This document shows, piece by piece, positions 37,377 to 48,166 of a stretch of DNA of 64,000 nt. The notes under the pieces are model-generated. The model saw only the letters and a list, made by a program, of their open reading frames with translations, had not been told where the DNA came from and searched no databases. Both the position numbers and the translations under genes were made by a program. Within the stretch, counting starts at the first letter, position 1. Each line of letters opens with the position of its first letter. The stretch spans positions 96,001 to 160,000 of the forward strand of contig JBBIML010000006.1 in assembly GCA_037444405.1 (NCBI GenBank). The letters run 5' to 3'. The stretch comes from Armatimonadota bacterium. Its GTDB lineage: Bacteria > Armatimonadota > Fimbriimonadia > Fimbriimonadales > GBS-DC.

Positions 37377-40300
37377 TCACGCCGACTGCGTCACCTGTTG
37401 CCACTGGCTCTGAGGCACCTGATAGCGCACAATCTCCCGAATCTGTTCGGGCTGGAGACGGCTGGCAGGGTTTTGAATCATGTGGAGTTGGGGCTGCTCG
37501 CTCGCGTGGGTGATGATGTAGAGCCAGTATTCATCGCCCAATCGCTGCGCCATAATCCACTCGTTGGGGGTCAGCACAATATCGCCTGTTTGGGCGCGTG
37601 CTTTCACCTCGATGTAGCGAACCGTGCCGTCGGGCGCTTCAGAGCGAATATCATAGCCGAGATTTTGCGCCGAGACATCCACGGGATTGCGCCCCTGTTG
37701 ACGCTCGTACTCCATCGCCACCTGCATGCCGATTGCCTCAACTTCGGCATCGGGCGTCATTCCTGACTGGGGCTTCGGGAGAACCTGCGCGACACCCAGC
37801 AGCTCAGGTGATTGCATAGAGAGGCTCTGCTCGCGTGCAATTTCCTGTTCCAGCGCGGCGAGCCGCTGTTCCGCCTCCACTTTGCGACGCTGGGTGTTGG
37901 CAATTTCTGCCTCAGGGATGTTTTCGCGCATGGAGTATTCTATCAGTTTATCGTTTAGTTCGCCAATTCGGCGATTCAACGAAGCGACACCGTACTTGCG
38001 TTTAATCTCAGCAAGTTGGGTTCGGGTTCGGCTGAGCTCGTCACGGAGCGGCATCACGAATTCCCGCATCAAAAACGCCCCTATAGAAGCCGTATCTGGC
38101 TCTGGGATCGTTGTGGGGGGATTCTGGGCTGGTACAAGGTCCCACAGGATTGCAGGGGGCACGAGGCGCGGTGTGCCATCCTGTGCCACATACACTGTGG
38201 CAATCTGCTGGGCAGCCGTGCGATTGTTGCCATCGCGGAGTTCGACACTGTAGAAGTAGAGCCAGCCGTCCAGTTTGCCGTCGGGGTCGTAGAAGGTGGC
38301 ACCGCGTTGGCAGGCGTCGCGGCTGGCTTCGCGCAGGCGCTCCCCAATCGCCTCCAGCAGGGGGTGCCCGGGCGCGATGAATTCGGCGCCTGAGGCGCGC
38401 GCCAGCTCTTTGCGAAACGCCAGCCTCTGATAGCTGCCTTGCACCTCACCATAGGTGCGTTTGAACGCCTCTGAGCGATGGCGCAGCTCAAAAGGCACAT
38501 TCGGCACGCTCCAGAGACCAGCATGCGAGCGCCGCGCACCGATTTGCAGATGCTGGCATGCTCGCTCAAAAAACTGCTCCACATACTCAGGCACGAGTCG
38601 GTTCTCGCGGGCGCGGCGCTCCTCCCCCACAATCGCCTGCATGTCGATGTGGCGTGTGGCTAACGCCTCCTGAGTGGCTTGCTGCACCTTCTCTATCAGC
38701 GCTCGGTCAGGCAGGGCGCGAATCGACTCCACAATCTCCTGCCAGTTGCGTCGATTCGTCACGGCGTCGATAATCAGCTCGCGCAGGTCGCGCTCCAGCA
38801 AATCGCCAATCACATCGAACACGCGGTCGGTGCCCATCTGCTCGCGGATGCGTTCCAGCTTTTCCAGCAGGGTTTCCAGCACCTCGCCCTCACGCGTGTC
38901 GTGCGCCACGAGGTTATAGATATGCACCTCTCGCGTCTGCCCATAGCGATGGATGCGCCCCATGCGCTGCTCCAGGCGGTTCGGGTTCCACGGAATGTCG
39001 TAGTTGACCATCAACGAGCAGAACTGCAGGTTAATGCCCTCGCCCCCCGCCTCGGTGGAGACCATCACTTGCGTCTCGTGGCGAAACTCATGTTCCGCCT
39101 GAATGCGCGCGTCGAGGTTCATGCCGCCGTGCAGCTCGGTGACGCTGTAGCCCCAGCTGCGCAGTTTCTTCACCAGATAGTCCAGCGTATCGCGCGATTC
39201 GGTGAAAATCAGCAGTTTCTCGTTGCGCCCGAGCAGTTGCAGTTCGTCCAGCACCTCACGCAGTTCCTTGAGCTTGGTCTCGATGCCCTGTTTCTCGGCT
39301 TGTTTTGCAAGTTGTACCAGATGGCGAAGGGTATTCACCTCCTGCTGAAGTTCTGCCTGCGTGGTGGCGTTGGTGAGCTTTTCAAGGAGCTCGTCTTCAA
39401 TCTTGAAGCGCTCTGCCTCTTCCAGCTCTTCCAGCTCCTCTTCGTCGTAAGGCAGTTTGCCCTGCCCTTGTTCGGTGAAGCGGATTCCGAGCTGGAGATA
39501 CTCTTCAAGGCGCTTGAGCCGTCTTTCGAGGGACTGGCGCGCGGCGTAGATGCTGGAGGCAAAGCGTCGCTGAAGCATCAGCAAGGCGAACGCCACATTG
39601 CGGTTCTCGCCCTGAAGCGCGCGTCCATACTCGCGCTCCACATACTCGGTGAGCGCGTTATACAGCTCCTTCTCGGCGTCGCTCAGTCGGAAGGTGCGCG
39701 TGAACACATGGCGCGGCGGGAACAGCGGGCGTCCCGAAAAATCTTTCAAATCCTCCTTGAGCCGCCGCAGATAGAGGGGGTTATCGCGCTGCACTATCGA
39801 TTGCTGCAGCGACTCCACCGTTCCGAAAAAGCCCGGACGGAGCAGGTCTAAAAACAGTCGGAAGTTTTCGGGGTCGCCGCGGTGCGGGGTGGCGGTCAGG
39901 AACAGAAGCCCATGCGTGCGCATCGAGAGCAGTTCGCCCAGCCGATAGCGGGCGGTTTTGTCGGTCTTGGAGCCATACTGATACGCCGCCATCTTGTGCG
40001 CCTCGTCCACAATCACCAGATCCCAGTGCGCTTCGTGCAAAGTCGCCATCACATCGGGCTGTTTGGCGTAGTCCATCGAGGTGATAATCTGGTTCTGGTC
40101 TTGCCACACATTGTGTCCCCAGTAGGCGTCCATCACACCTCTGTCCACGACGACAAACTGCTCATCGAACTTCTCTTTCATCTCGCGTTGCCACTGGTAT
40201 TTCAGGTGTCCCGGTACCACCAGCAGCACGCGCCGCGCCACGCCACGATACTTCAGTTCTTTAAGCAACAGCCCCGCCATGATGGTTTTGCCCGCGCCGG

Positions 40301-40706
40301 GGTCATCTGCCAGCAGGAAGCGCACATCAGGCTGGCGCAGAATGTAATGATAGACCGCCTCAATCTGGTGAGGCAGGGGGTCTATTTGCGACACATTCAC
40401 CGCGAGCAGGGGGTCAAAGAGATAGGCATAGTGCAGGCGGTACGCCTCAATCCCCAGGAAAAAAGCTTCAGGGTCGCCCTGAAAGTCGCGCATCAGGGGC
40501 GCTTGAATCTGCCACTGAGCAAGGTCAGCCTCTGAGAAAACGCCGTCGTAGGCTTGTTTCGTACGCACGCCCTGCGCGTAGATTTGCCAGAAGCCGTCCC
40601 CAAACGGCTGCACCTGCACCACGCGCACCGGTTCACGAAAGTGGCTCGATTCGACGATGCTCCCGATGGGCACAGGCAATTGGCTCGCGCCCTGCATCGC
40701 GCTCAC
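37377..40706 (-). CDS. SNF2-family helicase with C-terminal DUF3883 nuclease-like domain
   Basis: LLADDPGAGKT, VDEAH, LTATPH, STEAGGEGINLQ, EQRMGRIHRYGQ; C-terminal GYDIRS..YIEVKAR. Confidence 0.92.
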   Translation of the reverse strand: MSAMQGASQLPVPIGSIVESSHFREPVRVVQVQPFGDGFWQIYAQGVRTKQAYDGVFSEADLAQWQIQAPLMRDFQGDPEAFFLGIEAYRLHYAYLFDPLLAVNVSQIDPLPHQIEAVYHYILRQPDVRFLLADDPGAGKTIMAGLLLKELKYRGVARRVLLVVPGHLKYQWQREMKEKFDEQFVVVDRGVMDAYWGHNVWQDQNQIITSMDYAKQPDVMATLHEAHWDLVIVDEAHKMAAYQYGSKTDKTARYRLGELLSMRTHGLLFLTATPHRGDPENFRLFLDLLRPGFFGTVESLQQSIVQRDNPLYLRRLKEDLKDFSGRPLFPPRHVFTRTFRLSDAEKELYNALTEYVEREYGRALQGENRNVAFALLMLQRRFASSIYAARQSLERRLKRLEEYLQLGIRFTEQGQGKLPYDEEELEELEEAERFKIEDELLEKLTNATTQAELQQEVNTLRHLVQLAKQAEKQGIETKLKELREVLDELQLLGRNEKLLIFTESRDTLDYLVKKLRSWGYSVTELHGGMNLDARIQAEHEFRHETQVMVSTEAGGEGINLQFCSLMVNYDIPWNPNRLEQRMGRIHRYGQTREVHIYNLVAHDTREGEVLETLLEKLERIREQMGTDRVFDVIGDLLERDLRELIIDAVTNRRNWQEIVESIRALPDRALIEKVQQATQEALATRHIDMQAIVGEERRARENRLVPEYVEQFFERACQHLQIGARRSHAGLWSVPNVPFELRHRSEAFKRTYGEVQGSYQRLAFRKELARASGAEFIAPGHPLLEAIGERLREASRDACQRGATFYDPDGKLDGWLYFYSVELRDGNNRTAAQQIATVYVAQDGTPRLVPPAILWDLVPAQNPPTTIPEPDTASIGAFLMREFVMPLRDELSRTRTQLAEIKRKYGVASLNRRIGELNDKLIEYSMRENIPEAEIANTQRRKVEAEQRLAALEQEIAREQSLSMQSPELLGVAQVLPKPQSGMTPDAEVEAIGMQVAMEYERQQGRNPVDVSAQNLGYDIRSEAPDGTVRYIEVKARAQTGDIVLTPNEWIMAQRLGDEYWLYIITHASEQPQLHMIQNPASRLQPEQIREIVRYQVPQSQWQQVTQSA

Positions 40707-43341
40707 TCCTTCTCCTCGGTTTCAACTTCCGCCTGGATCTGATTCAGCGTCTCCCGTATACTGATGTCCACAAGGCTTTTGGGAATCTCCCCCTGCACTT
40801 CCAGCTCGATGGTGAAGCGGAAATTCAGCCCTTGTCGCATGAGGGGGGTCAGGACGCCCTGTGCCAGCTCATAGGTCTTCGCGCTGGACACCGAGGCGCG
40901 CAGTTTATAGCGCCGATAGCTGGGCTGCTCCGTGGACGCAGGCGGCGGTAGCGGCTCGACCTGATGACCATCGCTGACAGCCACTGGCTGGGCAGGCTCG
41001 CGCTCCGGCGGCACCTCTTCGGGCGTCGGCTCAGCCGAAGAGACAGCAGGCGGCTCCTTCAGCAGCGTGGCGTCGTAATTCAGCGCGTCCATCGGAATCG
41101 GCTGTTGGTAATACACGCGCTCTCCCACCCGTACAGCAAACGCGCCCTCCTGAACACCGCGTCGAATCGCCTGAAACACCACCTGCTCATTCTCCACTAT
41201 CGGCAGATGGGTGTAGCGGAAGAAGGCATCCACGATGTCCTTAACCGAAACCTCGTTCGTGTCAGCGGACACAGCCTTATCCAGTATCATTCGGGGCGAG
41301 ATTTGCTTCAGGAGCAGGTCATCATGCTCAAGGAATTGTCGCACGCGCTGGCTGAGCGTCTCCCGCGTGCCCGCGGTGGGCGTGCCCAGCGAGCGCCAGT
41401 CCAGCCGACCATCCCGTAGTAAAGCCACATGGCGATAGGCGTTCAGCGCCTGAAACTGCTCGCTTCCCAGAAAATCCTGAATGCGGCGATTGACCGTGTT
41501 TTTATCTTCGTCGCTCAAGGTTTCCCAGAGTGCCCGCTCTCTCTTGATTCGCTCGTACGCGAGGCGTTCGCGCACGCGGTTCTGCAGATTGGCTAAGTGC
41601 TGCTCGTCGGCAACCAGGAACACGAGCGTGTTGCGGAAGGTGCGTGGCTTTTCGCCTGCCGCGCCAAAGAGCGTATCCAGCAATCGCTCCGTTTCGGGGT
41701 GAGCGCGTGTGTAATCGGGCGCCAGCACGCCCAGCTTCAGCTCGCGTGTGTCGGGAATGTCATCGGGGCGCTCAGAAAAGAGCAACACCTTCGGGAACGC
41801 GCTTCCTGCATACTTACGAATCGCCTCCCGAACCGCCTCATCCACCTCCGACTGAGTAACCTGTTCCTGCTTGTCCAGAACAATCTTGTTCAGATTCGGC
41901 TGGAGTCGGAACTGGTACAGCCCGTCTTCGTAGTGGAGGTACCAGAGCTTGCGGGTGAGCTGGTGTATCGCCTCGCCGAGTATCGCTGTTGGCAGGGTGG
42001 GGTTCAGGGCGCACAGGCGCAGTTCGGCTTCGGAGACGCCGCGCTTCTCGCCCGCGCTGAACCCGCCAAAGAAGACGGCGGTCGCCAGCCCGCGCGCCAC
42101 CTGATGCGCCTCATATTCCGCGCCCAGCTGCTTCTCCACCATCCGCGCCTGCGCCGAATCGCCGATGATGTCCCGCTGAATCACCGAGGCGAACTCGTTG
42201 CCGATGTGGCGCAATAACTCCTGCTGAATCGCGCCGTTCGCCAGATTGATGTGAACGGGCAAGATCAGCGGCTCCGCCACACGACGCCGATAGAGGTCGC
42301 TCAACACCTCGCCCAGCAGTTTCAGCACGCCGCGCGTGCGTTGAAAATTTTGAAACGACGCCCACTTCTCGTAAAGCAGGTCAATCACCTCAGGGTGGAA
42401 GGGATAGGCAAGGCGCATGCGTTCCCGATAGGCGTCGGTGCGCGCCTTTTCGGGGAGCTGCTCCGCATGCCGTTGATACAGCTCATAAAACGCATCCACC
42501 GTGCGGCGTACTTCTGTCGGGTCTGCAATCTCCCTGAACAGGCGTGGCGAATCACATGGAAAAACTCATCCTGCTCTACAGGCGTGTAGATGGCTTGCAC
42601 GCGCCCGAAAATCATCTCCAGCTGGCGTAGCACGCGCTCGCCCTCTTCCCCGTAGGGCGCGCTGCTGGGAAGCGTCGCCACCAGCACGCTGTGTGGGAGC
42701 GATTTCACCACTTCGGTGAGCTGCTGGCAGAAGACCATCACCTGCTCCTGGAAGTCGCGGGCGCTCACGGCGTAGGTAGCCAGCTCGTCCATCAGGATGA
42801 GCGTGGAGGCGTCTCCCAGCATCGCGCGCAGGTTCTCGGCGCCGGGCGCCCGACGCTTGCGGTCATGCTCTTCCAGCAGGTCGTATCGCCCCAGCTGCTC
42901 CGCAAACAGCCCCCAGGGGGTTTTGCCCCGAATCGTATCGTACTCTGTGCCAACGAAGGTGAGGATGCGCACTTCAGGCAGTTTGTCCACCTGAGCGCGT
43001 TCGAGCGTATGCCGAACCAGCGGCGCCTCGCGGTGCGTGTCGCCGTGCCGAAACAGGTGGTAGAGGCTAATCAGCGCGTGCGTCTTGCCCCCGCCAAAGG
43101 GCGTTTGCAGTTGAATCACCGCATCGCCATGCCCCGTGGTCAGGCGTCGCACCACCTGCGCGAGCAGATTCAACAGCCCTTCCGTCGGATAGGTCTGCTG
43201 GAAAAACTTTTCGGGGATGCGATATTCCAGCGCGCCGCGCTCCTGCAACACATCGCGCAGGTCCGCCGCGAACATCGAATCATCCAGCTCACCCTGCAAA
43301 ATGTCTTCCCTCGGAATCGCGACCTCATACCATGCTTTCAT
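40703..43341 (-). pseudogene. DUF499 AAA+ ATPase, one frameshift near 42546
   Basis: FAADL, QTPFGGGKTH, LILMDE; one base missing in ATT CGC CA- CGC CTG TTC (IRxRLF); continues AYPFHPE, FQRTRGVL. Confidence 0.85.
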
Positions 43342-43384
43342 GGGGTTCACCCTCAGGGAAAGTTATACCACATTTTACATCCTC

Positions 43385-46252
43385 TCACACCTCCCAACGA
43401 CGGCTGAAGCCCAGCAACCCCTGCATCAAACGACGCTCCGAATCCCCCTCCGGCAACGAATCCGCCACCGCCTGCGCCAACATCCACAACACCCGATCCC
43501 GATGCAAACCCTCACGCTCCAACCACGCCACCAAACGCCCCGTCTGACCCGACTCCCACATCCACGCCGCCAACTGCAACGCCTCTACCTTGCTCCCCTT
43601 CGCCCGCGCATACAACGACTCCCACAACGCCTCCGACGCCTCGTTCGGCTTCTCCTCCATCTCCCAACCCATCGCCAACTGCTCAGGAGCCGCCCGACGA
43701 CGACCCCGCACCGACACGCCCACCAAACCCCGCCCCCACGCACGCTCCAACGGCGACACCACACGCACCCGCTTGCTCTCGCCCCCCCTTGCCCTGCGCA
43801 GGCACAATCACACGCCCCTCACCCCACACCGCCGTCAACTCCAACCCCACGCTCACCGCCAACTTGCGCGCCTCGTCAAACGGCACCTCCGCGTGCCCAT
43901 ACGACCACCGATACAACAGATAAAACTGCGACAGCGCGTCCAACTCCACCACCACCTCCCGCTCCCGCAAAATCCGCTCCAGCGCATAACGGCTCACCTG
44001 CTCCCGCACCAGCGTGAGCAACACCGACGCCCCCACCGCCTTCCCCGACGCCCGCTCCACACGCGCGTACTGCCCGAACACCGCCAGCGCCGGACCAATC
44101 GCGCTGATGAACAGATCCGCCCCCCGAACCCCCGCGTCCCAGAACTGGTGCAGGCGCCGCTCTATCGCGTCCACAATCTGTGGCTTGAGGTCGCCCCAGA
44201 AGCCGACGCGCGCCCCCACCCGCTTGCGACACACCAGATAGATAGACGACGCCAGCGCGGCGTTGCCCTGCGCCAGCAGGCGCGCCTGCATTTCAGTGTG
44301 TATCGGCAGGGCGGCGGTGGGGTAGAGACCTGCCCGCAACAGCGCGTTCAGCACCGTTTCCCACGCTTCGGTGGTCTTGTGGGCGAACACGATAATCGCG
44401 ATGCCGTCGGGCTTCAGCACGCGGTGCATCTCGCGGAACGCCTGCTCCAGCATCGCTTCAAACTGCTGTTTGGCGGCTTCCCGACTGCCCACGCGGTAGG
44501 CGTCGGCGACCATTTCCTGCGATTTGGGGGTGAGGGGTGTGGCGAACAGGTCGGGGTGCAGGTCGCCGATCGTGCGTTTGAGCCACACATAGAAGAAGTC
44601 AGAGAGGACGGCATAGTTCACATTATCGTAGTAGGGCGGGTCGGTGAAGATGGCGTCGAAGTGGTTATCGGGATAGGGCAACTCGGTCGCCGTGCCGTGA
44701 AGGGCTTTCGGGGGCGTTTCAACGGATGGAATAGCGCAGAGGTGGTCAAGTACTCTAACGGTGTCTTGAAATACTTCGTGCCAGCTCCGCGATGCCTCTC
44801 CTAACGGGTTCGATTCCACATAGTCCCACAGCATCGGGATTGCTTGGCGGGAAAAAGTATCCGCTATCTTTTCACCTACTGGTTGCCAGCGGCACACCGA
44901 AGAGCTTGCTGACGCCAGCCTGTCGAAGTTTAGTGCCAAATAAGTGCCACTGCTTTGGCGAACTCGGCGTCCGCGCCCTGCTCCACCATCAACCGATACG
45001 CCCGACGCACCCCCTCCGCAAACACCAGCAACGCCAAACGCTGACGCGCGTTGAACAAATCTCCAAACTCGTACATTTTGTAATGCAAAACTGCCATCTG
45101 GTTTCCGCCAGTGCGAACGAGGCGTTCATTCGGCACAGGCTCTATTCCCCACTCCGCTCGCAGGCGCGCCTCCCACTCCGCCAGCGCCGACCGCGCCCGC
45201 TCAAACACCGCCATATCCTCCGCCGTCGCCAAACGATACCTCTTGCCCGCACGATCCGAATAGTGCAACACCACCGCCACCAACCGCTCCCCCGCACGAC
45301 CCGCCTGAAACAACGCCCGAACCCGCTTGTCGTCCGTCGTCTCCCCACACACAGGACACCGCGCGTGCGCCCGCACCACCGTGCCCTGCTCCGGGTCAAA
45401 ATCCAATCCCTCCCCCTCCACAATCTCAAAATCCACCCGCTTCGCCACCTTATCGGGCACAATGCGCAACGCAACCTGCTTCTTCTCTTTCTTCACCAGC
45501 CAGGTCTGGCGCATCAGCGGGATTTCCGCCCCACAAATCGGGTTCTGGCACGGTATCGTGCGCGCCCAGAGGTAGCCCACAGGGATAGCACCGTCGGGGT
45601 CGGGCGGATAAAACGGCTCCAGATGTTCCCGCGCCCATTCCAGCACCCACTCACCATATGCCGCCACCGCCTCCACCAGCGGCGACTGGCGGCTCTCCGC
45701 CTCCAACAGGCGCAGCCCCTCCCCATTGCCCGACGGCAACACCACACGAAACGCCCCCGACGCCCCAAACCGCTGCGGATACTCCAGCACACAGCGGTTC
45801 AGCAACACCGCCAGCGGGTTATAATCCAGCGCGTGCGTCTCGCAGCCCAGCCGCAACGCCTCCAGCGGAATGCTCCCCCCGCCTGCAAACGGGTCCAGCA
45901 CCCGCGGCGCCCGCCCCCCATACGCCTCGCGAATCAGCGCCCGCGCTTTTTGCAAGTTCGGGTTCTTCGCGTTCTGTACCGCCTCAAAGGGGGTGAGCGC
46001 CTCAATCAGCTGGAGCCACTCGTGGCGTCGGCTGGGGCTGTCGGGCAACAGCGCCGCCAGTGCCGTCGCCCGCGAGGCTGCCAGCGGGCGGCGCGCCCAG
46101 TAGATATGGAGCGTGCTGATGTGCCCGTGTCGGAGGTTCTTCTCGCGGGTCGACTCGGCGGAGACGCGCTCCAGCGGAAAGACGGTTTCAATCAGGCGCG
46201 TCTGGCGTTCCTCTGGCGATAGGTTCTGAGCGTACATCATTCTGATGTTCAT
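43385..46252 (-). pseudogene. DUF1156 DNA adenine methyltransferase, frameshifts near 44947 and 43785
   Basis: LHIYWARRPLAASR, DPFAGGGSIPLEA, FTDPPYYDN; three ORF pieces rejoin with a 1-bp insertion (AVA-TYLAL) and a G7-to-G6 change. Confidence 0.88.
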
Positions 46253-46344
46253 CTCGTACCTCCTCACTTCTATTATACCCTATCTGTATTTTCGGCAGGG
46301 GGGAGGGCAGATTCCTGCAGAGGTTTTTGCTCCTTCCCCCGTAT

Positions 46345-46420
46345 TCTCTCCCCTGCAGGTGGGAGAGGGCTGAACGAACCTCTCTTTCCGCAGGGGAAAG
46401 GATCGGGGTGAGAGGGGTCA
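46345..46420. repeat. Two palindromic repeat units between serA and the DUF1156 module
   Basis: ctctcccctgcaggtgggagaggg and ctctttccgcaggggaaaggatcggggtgagagggg. Confidence 0.75.
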
Positions 46421-47998
46421 GAACTGCACCACGCGGGCGCTTTCGACGCCCTCTAACTGTCGAATCTGGGTCAGCACATCGGGCGGGATGGGGTCGTCCA
46501 CCTGCAGCATCATGACGGCGCGCCCGCCGATGCACTCCCGCCCCACATGCATGCCCGCGATGTTAATCTGATGGCTGCCTAACAGCGTGCCCACACGCCC
46601 GATGATGCCCGGACGGTCGTGATGCTCTGTCACCAGCAGGATCCCTTCGGGCTTGATGTCGACGAACAGGTCATCCAGGTGGGTGATGCGCAGGTCGTGG
46701 CGTCCGAACACGGTGCCGCTGAGCCGCTGTTCGCCCTGCGCGGTGGTGGCGATGGTGGTGAGCGTGTCGGGATAGAGTTCCGATTCGGCGCGGTGGCTCC
46801 ATTCCAGTTTCAGCCCGCGCTGCTGGGCGATCAGGGGCGCGTTCACGAGGTTCACCGGCGTATCGGTCGTGTGGCTGAACAGTCCGACCAGCGCGGCGCG
46901 GGCAATCATATCGAGCGGGATGCCCTCCCAGTCGCCCGCGAAGCGCACCTGCAGCTGCTCGACGGGCGCGTTCAGCAGCTGGGCGTGCAGGCGTCCCATG
47001 CGCTCGGCGAGCTGCAGGTAGGGCTGAACGCGCTCGCGCTGTTCAGCGGGGATCGGCGGTAGGTTCACCGGGCTGCGCGGCACGCCCCCTGTCAGCACCG
47101 CGACAATCTGCTCTGCCACATCGAGGGCGACCTTGACCTGCGCCTCTTCGGTGGACGCGCCCAGATGGGGCGTCAGCACATTCTGGGGCTGGTGCAGCAC
47201 GCGCAGGTCGCCCGGCGGCGGCTCCTGCGGGAACACATCGAGCGCCGCGCCCGCGACATGCCCTGAATCGATCAGCTCCGCCAGCGCGTCCAGATCGATC
47301 AGCTCGCCCCGTGCGCAGTTGATGATTCGCACGCCCGGTTTAGCCCTCGCCAGCCGTTCGCGATTGAGCAGGTGGTGGGTTTCGGGGGTGAGCGGCGCGT
47401 GCAGGCTGATAAAATCGCTGCGCTGGAGCAGTTCATCCAGGCTGACTGGCTCTGCGCCGAGTTGCTGGATGTGGGCGGGCGGCACGAAGGGGTCGTACGC
47501 CAGCACCTGCATGCCGAACGCGCGGGCGCGACGGGCGACCTCCCTGCCAATCTTGCCGATGCCGATGATGCCGAGCGTCTTCTTGTAGAGTTCGGCGCCG
47601 ATGAAGGCGCTGCGTTTCCATTCGCCTGCGCGCACGGAGCGGTCGGCTTGCGGCACTTTGCGGGCGAGCGCGAGCAGCAGCGCGAAGGTCAGCTCCGCCG
47701 CCGCAATCGTGTTGCCTTCGGGCGAGTTCACCACCACGATGCCGCGTCGGGTGGCGGCGTCCACATCGATGTTGTCCACGCCGACGCCCGCCCTGCCAAT
47801 CACCTTGAGGCGCGTGCCCGCCTCGATCAGCGTGGCGTCCACCTGCGTCTGCGAGCGCACCATCAGCGCGTCGTAATCGCCGATGATTGTGAGCAGCGGC
47901 TCACGCGCGATACCGGGGCGATACCCCACCTCGCCCGCCTGTCGCAGAATCGCCAGCCCCTCCTCGGCTATCGCGTCGCTCACCAGTATGCGCGCCAT
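46418..47998 (-). CDS. serA: D-3-phosphoglycerate dehydrogenase (with ASB and ACT domains)
   Basis: RAGVGVDNID, GNTIAAAE, GIGKIG, INCARG, TPHLGAST, DRPGIIG. Confidence 0.96.
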   Translation of the reverse strand: MARILVSDAIAEEGLAILRQAGEVGYRPGIAREPLLTIIGDYDALMVRSQTQVDATLIEAGTRLKVIGRAGVGVDNIDVDAATRRGIVVVNSPEGNTIAAAELTFALLLALARKVPQADRSVRAGEWKRSAFIGAELYKKTLGIIGIGKIGREVARRARAFGMQVLAYDPFVPPAHIQQLGAEPVSLDELLQRSDFISLHAPLTPETHHLLNRERLARAKPGVRIINCARGELIDLDALAELIDSGHVAGAALDVFPQEPPPGDLRVLHQPQNVLTPHLGASTEEAQVKVALDVAEQIVAVLTGGVPRSPVNLPPIPAEQRERVQPYLQLAERMGRLHAQLLNAPVEQLQVRFAGDWEGIPLDMIARAALVGLFSHTTDTPVNLVNAPLIAQQRGLKLEWSHRAESELYPDTLTTIATTAQGEQRLSGTVFGRHDLRITHLDDLFVDIKPEGILLVTEHHDRPGIIGRVGTLLGSHQINIAGMHVGRECIGGRAVMMLQVDDPIPPDVLTQIRQLEGVESARVVQF

Positions 47999-47999
47999 C

Positions 48000-48047
48000 T
48001 CACTCATTATTATTATCCATGAACGCATACAGCTTAGCTTCGTCCAT
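48000..48047 (-). other. 15-aa upstream mini-ORF abutting serA
   Basis: GAGGAGG RBS then MDEAKLYAFMDNNNE*; the stop is 1 nt before the serA ATG. Confidence 0.4.
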
Positions 48048-48166
48048 CGTTGTTCCTCCTCTTGAGTGTTGTGGGAGCTCACGCGGTTGCATGTATACCA
48101 TAAAAATTACACCTCACCAAAAGCCTTTTTGCCAAGATCGATCGCACATTTCAATTCGGGAACTTT

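Noticed and set aside
43217..46222. Pro/His/Arg-rich plus-strand ORFs opposite the DUF1156 gene
   Set aside because: By-product of the A/C-rich skew, which removes stop codons on that strand.
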